From NCBI RefSeq assembly GCF_030684315.1, contig NC_081362.1, positions 89,049,022-89,113,021 on the forward strand: a stretch of 64,000 nucleotides of DNA. The letters run 5' to 3'. Positions 28,001 through 43,000 of this stretch are shown here, piece by piece. The position numbers and the translations under genes are program-made. A model generated the notes under the pieces. That model was not told the origin of the DNA, did no database searches, and saw nothing but the letters and a program-made list of their open reading frames with translations. The stretch comes from Stegostoma tigrinum (Eukaryota). Position 1 is the first letter of the stretch. Every line of letters starts with the position of its first letter.

Positions 28001-31000
28001 AATCAGATACAATAGATTACCATAAGAAATAGGGGCAGGAGTTGGACCCTTGATCCTGTTTTACTAGTCAGTTGGATCACGGCTAATCCGAAGTTCCTTT
28101 CGCAATGCAAGTTATTTTTTTAATTCAAGACACAGATTATCTCAGGCTTAATGAGTGATGCCTGTGACGGAAAATGAAGCTGTTCTGTATTTTTTGCACA
28201 TAGAATCATTTACATCCCATCCGAGGGGTCAGCCAAGGCCTTGGTTTGACATTTCTCTAGAAAGGTGGATGATGTGTCCACTCAACCTGCCTTCCAGCAC
28301 CACACCATTCATCCTTCCTTTCATTTCCAACTGTGAGTGGTTCAGTTACCTGTGAAAATGATGGTGTTGAGGCTGGATTTTCCCCACAGCTCCAGGAAGT
28401 GTACAACGTCCCCATAACGTAGGGAAGGGTGGCCTGTAAATACCACGCAGGGCTGCTTGAAGTCATTGCTGAATTCCCCATGTATACTGGGATAATGCTT
28501 CAATTTATTGGTCAAAATCAGCTGAAAACAAAATCGAGATAGGAAAGGACAGAGTAAAGAGCACAATAAGCAACTATCAGCTAAACTGGAAAGAAGCGGT
28601 GAAGTTTCAGCAGGTTCAAAGTACTAAACAAATTCTATTCTACTCCCCATCATAGCCTAGAGGATGGGCTGTTGACTCTTTCCCAAGTTCTACGTAGAAC
28701 ACCACCCTGGAAATTTTCTGTTCCTCTCTTTCAAAAGCAGAAGCAACTTTGGTGTTTAGCTAAGCATTTGCTCACAATCAAGTGATTAAGGTTGGCACAG
28801 GAAGCACAGAGGGATGAGGGGAATATCCCAGCAAGTTATGGGGAAAATCATTAAAAACTGACTTAGCACAACAGTTTGATTTATAATGGAATACAATAAT
28901 CCGAGAATCTCAAAATTCAGCACTTGGTCATTTAATAGCTGCCTTAACCTAGGAGTGCATACATGAACACTTACACCACCCACATCAATTAACAAACCAC
29001 ACCTACTTAACACACAATATCACATTCAAAGTAACAAAGCCAATTTTCAAAGCTAGATGCAGTCAAAACATGAGTTACTTTTCCATCAAGTTGGCCACAT
29101 GCAGATATACAATACTATGGAAATGTAGATCCCAAAGCAAGTCAATGTGCAAATTGTGTGCTTCATAAAAGCAGCACTAAAGAGTACAGCCTCAAAATCC
29201 TTCAGACTTGTTCCTTACCTCTGCGTGTGGGAATGGCGGCTCTGGCAGGTAGACTTTTGACTGTTTGTTGTGACAAAGCCTTAAGTCCGAACAGGTGATA
29301 GTGGGCAGGGTTCGAAGATAAAAGAGAAAAAAGTGAAACAATTAAGAGATTGAAGTTTGTCATGACAAGATAATATCATCAAACTATTAAAAAAAAATGA
29401 CAAGGTGAGATATTGAGCCTTATACACACAGGCATGACTATAGTGGTGATGGTGGGTGATTTAACGGACTAGTAATCCATCAGCATTAGAATAACTTAGA
29501 AGTTGAACTGAAGATTTGCTATCTGACCAATCTGAGAATTTGAATCATTTAAATACAATACTGGAAATAAAAGTGACTTTGACAGACAGGATGTTGGCTA
29601 GCTAGGTGTAAGAATTTAAAAAAACACCTGCGAGGCTGCATAACAATTATCTTTCCTCGTGTCAACAATGAAATGGATACCTTTGAGGGCTCAGTTCGTT
29701 ATCTCTACAGTTATCACACACTTACCACTCTGCAAAGATCTGAGAAAACTCCAGCGAGCTGTTGGCCACAGGAGAGATGAAATAAAATGGGATAGTGGAC
29801 AGTCCAGCTGAGTCAATGTATTGATACAGACATTCCAGAAGGTCGTAAATTACTCCCGAGGGATAGCATGGAACCAGGACATTCCCACCACTTCGGACAG
29901 TCACAGCTGTGGGCAGAGGAAAAGTCCGCACAAAGCCTTTAACACTTGGGGAAATTTTGTTTTTCTCACCAGCAAGACTGGATAATTTTGCTCCAAGTAT
30001 AAACCAACCTCAAAAGCTAGAGAAGGGATTTGAAAGCTGATAGATGAAGATACTCTTTTGTTTTATTTGCTTGGCCTTTTTTATTAAAATGCGCAAGTGT
30101 TCTTTTTCTGAGAACATCAAGTTTGCAACAGAGGGAGGCAAGAGTAAACCTGAATGAGATGTACAGTTTTGAGATGGGGCTGGATATAGCAGATGGACTA
30201 GTGACTAATTTTAAAATGATTAGTACAAGGATTGGGGGGAGTCAAGGACAGGAGTTTTCGTTTGGAAGGTGTCTGGGATCCAGAATTCATTGCCTGAAAA
30301 GGTATTAAGTGCAGAAACCCTTCACTCGTTGAAAAGATGCCTGGATGTGCACCTGCAGTTCTACAATCTCTAGGGATACAGACGAAGTGCTGGTGAGTGG
30401 GGCCAGACTGGTTAGCTAGTTTTTCAGCCAGCACAGACCTAATGGGTAGAGTGGCCTCCTTTCATGCCATAATTTTTTCCACATTTTCTAAATATCTGAA
30501 CAGCAGAAATGTAACATATATGTCAAGTGAGCAGGGGTTGGCAGCACACAAATCAATCTTCAGGAAATTGAGCATGGATGTGATGGGTTTACGCTGTAAT
30601 AATTCTTTAATTCCATGACATATGAGCAGCACAGTGGCTCAGCAGTTCGCACTGCTGCCTCACAGCATGGGGGGCCCAGTTTCAATTCTCCCCTTGAGCT
30701 ACAGTCCATGTGGAGTTTGCACATTCTTTCTGTGCCTGCGTGGGTTTCAATCTGGTACTCCAATTTCCTCCCACAGTCCAAAGGTTAGGTGGATGGGCAA
30801 TTTGGCATGACCAATAGTATCCAGGGATGTGTAGGTTATGTGAAACAGCCATGGGAAATGTAGGGTTATAGGGACAGGGAGGGGGGAGTTGGTGGAATTG
30901 AAGTGCTCTTCAGAGGGTCGTTGGAGACTGGATGGGTCAAATGGCTTGTTTCCACACTGTAGGAATTATATCATTCTAATTCTGCTTGCCCCCGTTTATT

Positions 31001-34000
31001 CGACTTCCAGCATTCACAGTATTTTAGTCTGGGAATCAACAGAGAAATCAGTTTGGATTTAAGACAAAAGGACAGACGACTGACCCACTGTACTAAGTGA
31101 GTCCAACTTTGAAGATGCTACCAAATACAAAATTGATCTTGAGATGCTAAGTACATTTCTAACTGAAAGGACGTTAAAAAAAAAACGCACCTCAGGGAAC
31201 AAAATAAAATATCTTGAGCCCAGGACTGAGTAAATTGAAGTCCTGGCTCTCAATACACCTCCTTCCTAGTCTGTTACCTAGATTACTGCAGAATTCTCCC
31301 AACATGCCATCAGGATTAGCGGTCGGAATCTGTGTCAGTCCAGTCAGGATAAGGACATCACTATTTTTCAGAGAGGTTTGTTCCATGGGCTGAAATTGAA
31401 CATATTTTTTTTTAATCAATTCTTCTCCTTTCTTGAACCAGCTGCACCTCAACATTGAGAAGGTGCACAAGTTTTTAATCTTTCCATCCTCTTCCTAATC
31501 TTACCTGTTGGGCTCCTTAAAACCCATTTTGCTAATGAAGCTTTTGGCTATCTGTTCTTCATCAGCTTGTTGCACAAGTGTTTTTAAAGATAAAGCTCCT
31601 GTTAAACGTCAGTGGCAAGAGCAGCATTTGTTGACCATCCCAACTTATCTTGGAATGGAGTGGCTTGCTCAGTAATTTAAGAAAGCAGCTATTAGTTAGT
31701 CACATTGCCACGGGTCTGGAGTCACATTGGGTAAGGACCAGATTGGGTAAGGACCTTTGGTCTTTCCTGAAAGACATTTGTGAACCAGATTGGTTTTTAG
31801 GTTAATCAACAATAGCTTTGTGGTCACCATTATCGAGACTCGCTTTCAATTCTGGATCTATTAACAGGTTTAAATTCCACCACGGAATTCAAGTCAATGT
31901 CCCCAATGCATCAGCCTGGGCCTCTTGATTACTAGTCCATTACACCATCAATGTCCCAATAGTGGGAAGGGATCTGGGAGGAGAAGGTAGTTACCTGTGG
32001 ATGTGTGGTGAGCAATGAGGATCCAGACACATAGGCCACTTTCTCGTAGTGCGACTGGATGATCCAATTGGAGCTACCCAAACAGTAGCCTGAGCTGAGT
32101 GGTGTGATCTGTACTGCACCGAATAACTCCTGATATATCACAGAAAGAAACTGAACTCAATCGACAGGATTCTCATCTTTAAATACATAACCTAATACCA
32201 TCCACTTTCTTAAAAGCAATGATTAACTAATATGTCCACTAAGATAGTGAACTTTGTTAGGATCTTCACATATGGCTTCATTCGAAACCCACACATAATT
32301 GCTTCCAGCGATGCTCTTTTGGATGGTGATTGGCAACTAAAATTTGGCTGACTTTCATCTCCTTCCAGTGTAGGGATGTAGAGGCTAGATGTAGCCCTCC
32401 AATTGCCTGATAGAGATCAGCTACTAACTCTGAAGGCCTCAGTCCTGATAAGAGTATCGGAAATATTCTACTTAAATTCAATAGAAAATTGAAAATTGAT
32501 GTACATAGTTTCTGACTGAAATAAACATAAAAGCAAGCAATTCTGCATCTTCAAGCAATTTCTCTGAACATTTTTCATTATAAACTTGTACATCTACGTT
32601 TATGTTGTAAACTGGTCACACTCTACTTGCAACTTCCTGGAAGTGCAAATGATTCAACACCCTTAGCGATGGGATGATTTAGTTACAGCTCGGCAAGCGT
32701 ACCCATGTGGAAAGCAGTCCAAATGTTGACATTGAAATTCCTAATGTAAACGTGTAGAAATAAGGACTGAATTTATATTACTTCACACAGCGGTGGGCGG
32801 AGTACATCAGTACATCGTAGACCAACAATTCTCTTTTCAGTTGACAATTATACTTGGTTTTGACTGCAACTTCACAGGAGACCAGCCAACACATTATACA
32901 AAAACAAAAACAAAAGTTGCTGGAAAAGCTCAGCAGGATTGGCAGCATCAGTGAAGAAAAAAAAAATCACGGTTAATGTTTCAGGTCTGGTGACTCTTCT
33001 TCGGAACTCAGATGCTGCAGACCTGCTGAGTTTTCCCAGCAACTTCTGTTTTTGTTCCTGATTTACAGCATTTGCAGTTTTCATAGAATAGAATCTATTC
33101 AGTGTGGAAACAGGCTCTTCTGCCTAACAAGTCCACACCAGCCCTCAGAGCATCCCACCCAGAACCCTTTCCCCTATACCACTCATCCCTGAACACTATG
33201 AGCAATTTAGCATGGCCAATCCACCAAACCTGCACATCTGTGGACTGTGGGAAGAAACTGGAGCACGTGGAAGAAACCCACACAGACACAGGGAGAATGT
33301 GCAAACTCCCCACAGACAGCCGCCCGAGGGTGGATTCAAACCAGGGTCCCTGGCGCTGTGAGGCAGCAGTGCTATCTCCTAAGCCACCATGCTGCCCTGC
33401 TTTCATTTTTTAAATTATCCAAAAAACCTCCTAAGGCACATAAATATATGTTGAAGGAACTACAGTGCAAACTGTTATCACATTGAGTCAGGCTTTTCTT
33501 TTAACATTTGCTGTGTCAACTAACAATACACAGGGTCAAGCCTGTGTGTTGTAAACTTCTTTGTGTACACATGTCTTGTTAGTAAAAAGGTTTCTATTTG
33601 TCAACTAACAATCAGGAGACAGACTATGCATTGATCTTGTTGGTTAATGATCAAGACATTCTTCTCATCAAGACTATGATTCAGTAAGATTTTTAAAATT
33701 ACTTTCATGGGATGTGGGTGTCACCGTAATGCCAGAATTTGTTGCCTATCCTGACCTTGTCCTTGCAATGTGTGGCAGTTCAGTGTCACCATATCGCTGT
33801 GGGTTTGGAGTCACTGCTAAGCCAGACTGGTTTAAGCATAGCTGACTGCCATGTCTAAAGGACCTTGGAGAACCAGATGGGTTTTTACAACAATTGATGA
33901 TAGCTTCATTGTCTCCATTACTGAGAATAGCTTTCAATTCCTGATTTAACTGAGTTTAAATTGCACCAACATCTTTGGTAGGATAAGAACCTGTGATCCC

Positions 34001-37000
34001 AGAATATTTGCCTGGGTTTCCGGATACTAAACCAGTGATGTTACCAGTGTGCAGTTCTCTCCTCAGAAATAAATCCTAAAGAAAAACAAACACACAAAAA
34101 AAACTCCACAACTGCTGAAAGACAAAACTCAAAGCAAAATATTGAGGTTGAAAGGTTTTACCCAAGGCATTAACCCAACCGTTGACAATTTTACTGTGCA
34201 TTCTCACTATTGTGTTTCCCTCACTCAGTAAGTTTAATAATCACTTTAATGATAAACGAATACTTACTATTTTCTGAGAGTACCCTACAAGCTGAACCTT
34301 GCTTAGAGCCAAGTTAACCTCTGGCATTGTGTAACAACGCTTCCATGTCAAAACCTCCACAGCATCCTTTAGAGGGACAGGTAAGTGCCTGGAAGCAGGA
34401 ACAGGATAGAAAATGAGGAATAATAATGACAGCGAATTCAAGAGACACTTCTTTACCCAGAGAGTGGTTAAAATATGGAACTTGCAACCATGATGGGTAG
34501 CTGAGGTGAACAGCAAATTTCTATTTAAGGAGAAACAAGAAAACAATGAAAAAGGAATAGAAGGACATTTCGATGGAGTTACATAAAGAGGACTGTTGGA
34601 GGCTCACGAGGACAAAGTATAATGCTGAATGGTGGTACTGTGCAAAGAAAAATCACATCCACACAACAGAGCTCATTATTAGAAGTAGCATCGGAGTGAT
34701 TCAGAAGAACAATAGCAACAAATAAGGATCAAGTCTCTGTCTCTCAATCTCTGTGCTGAATAGATTTGGCAGTGAGACACTGCTAGCAAAAGAGGAAGGT
34801 ACAAAAATCACTGGGCTCAAAACACATTAACTCCGTCCCTCTCCACAGATGCTGCCAGAGCTGCTGTGTTTCTTCAGCAATTTTTGTTTCTGTTTCAGAT
34901 TTCCAGCACCTCCAGTTCTTTGTTTGATTTCACAAATATTTAAGACTTTTTTTTTACACAAAGGGCTTCAACTGAACACTGTTAGCTGAGAGCACAAGAA
35001 TAGTGGAACAGAGATTTAATACGGTAGATGAAAGATGCAAGTAGGTTGAGAGGAAGAACTCTATGCTATGTTCAGCCATGATCTTCTTGGATGGCCTTCT
35101 CCTAATGCCTATGTTCCCCTTAGGGTGTGGAAGCAGAAACAATAAATGATTTCAAAAGAATGGTTGATGGGCACTTAAGAGTGCTACAGGGATTGAATCA
35201 GGAATGAGACTGAGCAGAGAGAAGCTTGGGCAACCAGTACAGACTTTATAGGACAAATAGCCTCTTTCCGTGTTGTAAATGAAATTAGTTTGCATTTCCT
35301 CGCATGCAATAGCCTGTTCAAACAGGATGCAGCGTTTATGACTAATTTTACAGGTCTCGAACATTTTCTGAGGCACTGACAAAACAGGCTTTAGCTTAAA
35401 TAGTGCCAACTACCATTTTATCTTAACTAAATTACTATTCTTCACATCAAAGACTAGGGCATGACTACTTGGTGACTATGCTATTGCACATCAAATGACA
35501 ATTTTCAAACTATACTTATGGCATTGTTAACACATCGAAACCAGAAGAAATCCTTCCTCACGCTGAAACTCACCATATAAATTTGAAAAAAATGGGATGT
35601 TGGCATCACTGGCAAGGTCAGTGTTTATTGCCCATCCCTAACTGCCCCGGAGGTGGTGCTGATTAGCAACCTTTTTGAACTGCCACAGTCCATGTGTTGT
35701 AGACACACCCACAGTGCTATTAGGGAGCGAGTTCTACAATCATGACTCACTGATGATAAGAGGAACAGCTTAAGAGACTTCGGAATCATGATGATGTGTG
35801 GCTTGGAGGGGAACTTGCATATTATACAGTTTCCCTGCTCCTGGTGTCGTACTTCTTCTAGACAGTAGAGGTCATGGCTTTGGGAGTTGCCTCCTTGGTG
35901 AGTTACTGCAGTGCACCTTGTAAATAGTACACTCTGCAACCACTGTATGTACACGACTGGTCCAATTAATCCATGAGTCATGCGTAGCTATTCAGAATGT
36001 CTTGGATACTCCATGCAACATCCCACAGGTATTTCCTCACTTAATATTCCTAATATTACAGCGTTTTTTTTTGTAATCTGTTCACCTAGAAATTAAAAAG
36101 TGGACAAATAACACTTACAAAAATATAAAGAGAAGAAGCAACAGTAAATTATACAGTTTTAGTCAAGAGTTTAATTCAGCTAATTGTTCAACCTGAGCAT
36201 TTCACGGTTCTTCCAGTAGGTGGCAGACTGCGGCTTTGGTACACGCTCCATAAAGTTGACTAGCTCCTCCATGAGAAGCCTGTTGAGAATAGGAGGAAAA
36301 ATATAACAATTAAAATAATGATTTTAATATAGTGAAAATGCACCAAGCTGCAGTGGCCACATACACTGTTACATTATCAAAATATCATGAATTTAGAAAT
36401 CAATGTAGGTAGCAGATAAGGAATGAATTGAGGTAAATTTTACGATCAATTATTCCAACATGTAAAAATATGAAATGAAGAGTGTAAAATAAAATTCAGA
36501 TCATTAGATTAGGGTCTTTATATTAACAGGGTTCAGAGTTTAACAGCAGTTAGATTGAATTGTTTTAGGGACAAGATATGGCATTGGACTGATCTTATTT
36601 TTTTTCACATCTTAATGAGCTAATTGTTTTGGGTTCCAAAGCTGGTGGTCATTGCGAGGTCTGTCTGCATGTAGCAAGTACTGAAGCTTGGTGTTCAACA
36701 GTGATCTTGTGAAAGAACAATAGAGGTGAACATATCAGCTTTCAAGTGTCACTAAACCACGAATGTGTCAGGCCCTGGGTCATAATTAGGGCCAAGAAAG
36801 ATTTTGCAACCTTTCTTCTGAACACAACGCTGCTTTTGAGTTTAACTGTGCAGGTGACTCATATTCCAATATGGGGCAAGTAAAATAAAATTAAGTATAT
36901 TTCTCCTAAAACTAACTTCCTCCTTTAACTGCCATCTGACCTGTGTGCCTATTCATTACTTCCATTTTTCACTCTGATTTTCCAACATATTGCTGGACTC

Positions 37001-40000
37001 AGCACAGACAGCTACCTTAAATTTCAGGGACACGGGGAAAGAGCAGTGGACTGGGTTGGACTGAATTGCTCTTCAAAGGGACTTTAAAGCTAACTTGATG
37101 AACTAAATGCTCCAGTTCTAAGTTGTATCATTCTATGTTCTAAGTTCCCTCCATATCAATTATCATCTTCCTTCAGATATTTATATCACAATACCTTAAT
37201 CAACGCTGGGCAAAATTCTGAATCTCCCTTGCACTGTAGAGGCACTTCATTTACAATACTCATCACCATCTTCTTGAGGGCAATTATGAATGAACAATAA
37301 ATGTCAGTCTTGCCATTCATGCTCACATTCCAAGAATAAAGTTTAAAAATAAACACGGGCCACATCAGATCAATCACTGAAACACTTCAATACTGGAATG
37401 GATTGTCAGGAAGGCAGAATAAATAGACTTATGATGACAGTGGTTGTATATAATGCATTTTTCTTCAAAATCTTGAATGAAGTGAAATTACTTGCCCTTT
37501 TTAAATTGCTCCAAAAATAAAACAGCACCCACTCTCTGTGATCTAATGTTTTTTGATACCTAAAAGAAACACTCTGTCTCTTCACCTTGTACTTCTTTAA
37601 ACCTGTGCCAAATCAAATGTCTCTGACTGACCTTTGGAAATACAGTCAGAGTTGTTATGGCCCAGAATTCTCTACGGAGCTTAGTCATTGAGAAATTCAA
37701 GTCAGAAATTGATAAATGTCTACATGCGAATGAAATCAAGGATAGGTGTATCTAGAGACAGCGAGGGTAAGTGGAATTGATGTGTATGATCAATCACAGT
37801 CTAGAATCGTTGAGTAGCTAAATGGCCTATTGGTCCTGTGTGCCTGAAGAGACTGTTTTGCCCATAAAGTAGGTCTAGAGTCATATATATGCCAGATCAG
37901 GTAAAGATGGCAGATTTCCTTCCTTAAAGAACATTAATGAATCAGATTTACAGTAATTACTGGTAGTTTCATGGTTACCATTACTGAGACTAGTTTTATA
38001 CTCCAGATTTATTCAGTGAATTCACATTTCAACAGTTACCTGGTGCCCAGAATTAGACTCAATACTTCTGCTGAGGCCAAACCAGTGTTTTATAAAGATT
38101 CACCAAAACTCCCTGACTTTTGTATTCCATGTCTGTGTTTATGAGAAATAAGATGATGTTTCCAGACAAGATGGCCCTCAGAGGAACAATACATTTGCCC
38201 TGCAGTTGACACTCGAATGGCATCTTTGAGAGAGTTACAAATAGTAAGACTTTACACATGGAATAGTGTCACAGCTGCGGTCAACATTGTCAGGAACAAA
38301 GGGAAAGGTAGAAAATGTAAATTGAGCAATGGAGGGGACAGAGAATTAAATTTTAATTTTAAATTTTAAAAAACTCTCAAGTGCTTACCTTCCAATCTGC
38401 ATTGTGGGTTCAGTGGAATAGACTGTGCCAGTAAAGCCAGTGTGCTCTGTAATATATGGCAATGCCATCATACAGTGATAATTTGATATCAGGATCACAT
38501 CTACAGTGGAGAGGTCCAGCAACTCTGTCTGTAATGGACATTACAAACATTTTAAAGGAATACAGCCACAAAAGGAATCAGGTGTACCTACAATTTGCAT
38601 ACACTGCAGAAAGGGGAAAGTATGTTTAAGGAAAAGCACACTCTCAATCTCAATGCACAAAAATGTTATACTTCTAAACCCAGACCCCATCACCCAGTTC
38701 CTTTCCCTCTTTGTCACGCTGGCTGCTCAATCAGCAATGATAAAGCTCACACTTCTCAGAGCTGCTGCAGTCACTTCCACTTTTGTCCCAAAGTCAGACT
38801 GGTCAGCCTAACCCAAGAAAAATATACTACTGTCAAAGAAGCAAATACTTGAATGGCAGCTGAGAGGACTTGTTGCTGCTGGAGAAGCCAGTGCCTGAAT
38901 TAGGATCCATTATTTCATTGCTACAGGCAGTATGAATGGGTGTCTACTAATTTTACTATTAGAGATACCAGCACAAATGGAAACATGACACTGCATAATT
39001 AACACTGGACTACAAGTATAGTACCTCAAATCCAAGACTGTTGGATTTCAGATATTTTAGGTCAGACAGTTTAGGCTTGGATGGTTTGAGTCAAGCTTGG
39101 GTTGGTATAGTCAACAGTAACTTGCAATATGAGACAGAGCAGCAGGTGAAGATGTTAACTAGTCTGTAGCCATATCACAATGTTGCGTCAAATTAAATTG
39201 GTAAGTTTATGCAATTTGAAATTGATGCAAAAGATGTCCAATTTTTGGATGACTCCACTAGTCAGGTAGTTGGATTTGAGGTACTCTACCTATACTGCTC
39301 TTTCTGAGCACTAGTCACTTACTCAAACACAAGGTAACCTTTTTTTACCTCTGGTAGGCAGAACTCTGGCACAGAGTCAACGAATACTCGTCCGGCACAA
39401 TCTTTCAGCTCCTAGAATGGAAACATTAGATTACCACTGTTAAAACAGTAGGCAAGAAGTTACAAGTAATTATCAAATTGCTGATGAATGAGTGAGAGAA
39501 GACTTGTGCTGTATTCACAAAGTTTAACCCCTCCCTACCTATCAGTCACCTTGTGAAGTCCCAACCGTGATCTCCTATATCAGTTTGGAAGATCTGAGCT
39601 ATAGGGAGACATTGAATAGGCTGGGGCTATTTTCTCTGGAGCGTCAGAGGCCAAGGGGGTGACTTTATAGGTGGTTTATAAAATCATGAGGGGCGTGGAT
39701 AAGGTGATTAGCGAGGGTCTTTTCCCCGGGATAGGGGAGTCCAAAACTACAGGGCGCAGGTTTCAGGTGTGAGGGGACACCGGGAACTGCATAGTATTAT
39801 CTGCATATCACAATCGTGGCAGGAAGGACAGATGATGGGAGGGGAGATAAGTAATTCTAATAAAGACAAATCTATTATTTGCTGCAACAGAACTGTGAAC
39901 AACTATGATCAATATTCAGAATAAATTTCTCATACTTGTACAGTGAAATGGTCCCACTTTACCTTCTCTAGCATGGTATTACCATCTTTTAAAATCCAGC

Positions 40001-43000
40001 CTGGAAGTTTGGAAAGTCTTGGGCTGGGGGAGGAAAAAAAAATTGCCACAATCAAAATATTTTCATCACTATCGTAATGAATCAAGGTCTCTTAATACAA
40101 TACAAGCATTGACCAGAAAATGAACAGGCCCAACCATACTTAAAAGGCAGTTTATAAATGTTATCATGCAGTCAGAGACTGGGAATTCTGTCATGAATAA
40201 AACCTCATGACTTCCTTAAGCCTGTGCACTATCAATAAAAGGCACAAGTCAGGATTGTGTTGGAATACGCTTGACAACTCCAGTACCAGACAGTTTGTGA
40301 CACCATCCAGAACAGTCTGATTTTCCTTCGTTGTGTCATTGAACATGAGCATCACTGGCAAGGCTATCGTTTGTTGCCTTTTTTAATTTCCCTTGAACTG
40401 AGTAACTTTCCAGGCTATTTAATAAGGTAGTTGAAAGTCAACCACATGGTTTTGGTTCTGAAGTCAGTTATAGGTTGGGCCAGGTGAAGTTGGCAGGTTT
40501 CCTCTCCTGAAAGTCATTGGTGAACTAGGTTTTCACAACAAAAATGAAGTCAAATAGAATCACTGACAACAATGCATCCCTCCCCGACGAGCTCAATGTA
40601 TTCCACGTTCATTTCAACAGAAGGTCAGTGAAATGACGTGACCTTCCCTGACAGCATCGGGTGCACCTGTACCCATAGTCACCACTGCAGACATCAGATC
40701 GGCCTTCTTGAGGGTGAACCCATGGACAGCAACTGGCCTGGATGAAGACCCAAGACATGCACTCAGATCCCTTGAGGACCAGCTGGTGGGAGTATTTGCA
40801 GACGTCATTAACCTCTCCCTACTACGCTGTGAAGTTCCCACCTCCTTCCTACTGGTGCCAAAGGAAAACCAGACAATGTGCTTTAGCGACAACCATCTGG
40901 TGGCTCTGACATCCAACATTATCAAGTTTTTTTGAGAGGTCAGTAATGGCATACATCAACTCCAGCCTCCCAGATTGCCTTGATCTACTACAATTTGTCT
41001 ACCATCACAACAGGTCCACAGCAGATGCCACCTCCCTAGCCCTACACTCATCCTGGTACATCTGGATAGCAAGGAGAGCTATGTGAAACTCCTACTTATT
41101 GACTTTAGCTCCACCTTCAACATCATAATTCCAAGAAAACTCAACTCCAAGACCTAAGACGCTGTTAACCCCCATGCAAATGGATCCATGACTCCCTACC
41201 TGCAGACCACAATCAGTGAGGATAGGCGAAAACACCTCCTCCACAATAATCCTCAACACCAGTGCTCCGCAAGGTTGTGTGCTCAGCCCCTTACTATACT
41301 CCCTATACACTCAACTGTTTGCCAAATTCAGCTCTAACTCCAATTACAATTTTGCTGATGCCACCACCAGAGTTGGATTTCAAACAACGACGAGACAGAG
41401 TACAGGAAGGACAGATGAGGTTAGTGGCATGGTGTAAAGACAACAATCTCTCCATCAATGCCAGCAAAGAGGAGGAGCTGGTCATCAACTTCAGGAATTA
41501 GAGTGGAGGATACACCCCTGTCTGTATCAATGAAACTGAAGTGGAGGTGGTTGAGAGTTTCAAGTTCCTAGGAATAAATATAACCAACCATCTATCCTGG
41601 TCCTACCATGTTGATACAATTGTCAAGAAAGCATACCAACACCTCTTCTTCCTCAGAAAGCTAAAGAAATTCTGCATGTCCACCATGAATCTTACCAATT
41701 TTTATAGATGCACCTTAGAAAGCATCCTATCCGGACGCATCACAGCTTGGTATGGCAACTGCTCTGCCCAAGATCACAAGAAATTGCAGAGATTTGTGAA
41801 TGCAGCCCAGTTCATCACAAAAATTGGCCTTCCTTCCATTAACTCCATTTACATTTCCCACTGCCTTGAGAAAGCAGCCAACATAATTAAACACCCCTCC
41901 CACCCTCTTCCAAAGGGCAGAAGATACAAACGTTTGAAAACATGTCACAGAGATTTAAGAACAGTTTCTTCCTCACTGTTATCTGACTTATGAACAGTCC
42001 TCTCACATACTAGAGTTGGTCATTCTCTGCACCTTCACCGTAGCTGTAACACTGTATTTGGCATTCTGTTTGATCACCCTGACGGGCTGATGTAAGCTAT
42101 GATTTGTCTGGCTAGCATGCAAACCAATACTTTTCACATGTTTCTTGGTACATGTGACAATAAATCAAATCAATCTGTTTTACTTTCATCACTGAGACTA
42201 GCTAGCACTGTCAGCTTTATTCAATGGAAACAAATTCCACCAGTTGCTGTGAGAAATTGAACTCATTCCCCAAGGCCTGGGCCTCTAGATTATTAGTCCA
42301 ATGACATGACCATCACCACACCATCTCCCACTAAACGCTTAACTGACACTCCATCATTACTAACAAACAGTAGCTGTGCACAAACATCTGCAAGATGCAC
42401 TGCAGCAGTTTGCCAAAGCTCCATCGTCAACACGTTCCAAATCCACACCCACTATAATCTCGGAGAACAAACAGTAACCTTTGCATAAGAACACACCACC
42501 CTGACTTCAGTCTGTCATAGGGTCAAAATCCTGGAACTACTTATGTAATGGTATGATGGGTGCACCAGTGCTATATTGACTGCAGTGATTCAAGAAAGCA
42601 GCTCACTACCACCATCACCTTCTCAAGGCCAATTAGGAATGGGAAAAATTGCCCACATCCCATGAATGCAGAAATAATTAAGATAAGTGAAAAGAGAGAG
42701 AATGAACAAGGCACAACCAGACTTCCTCACACAGGTTTGATTTGCTGCGCTATACTACAATTCCATACTTTAAAAGTCAATGGGGTACTGCAAAGGGCAC
42801 CTTCTAAGTGATTAACTGAATTATTTCAAGCTAACAGACTACATCTGTGTGGCTAGCTGACTCGAATTGCACAGTCTACACAAAACAAGGAGTCCTGTGT
42901 ATAATCTATGAAAGTGTCAGATCAGAATAGACATCAACATGTGACTGCACTTCAACAACTCAAAATGACCAAGTTCATTGCTGTGGTTAATCCTACCATA

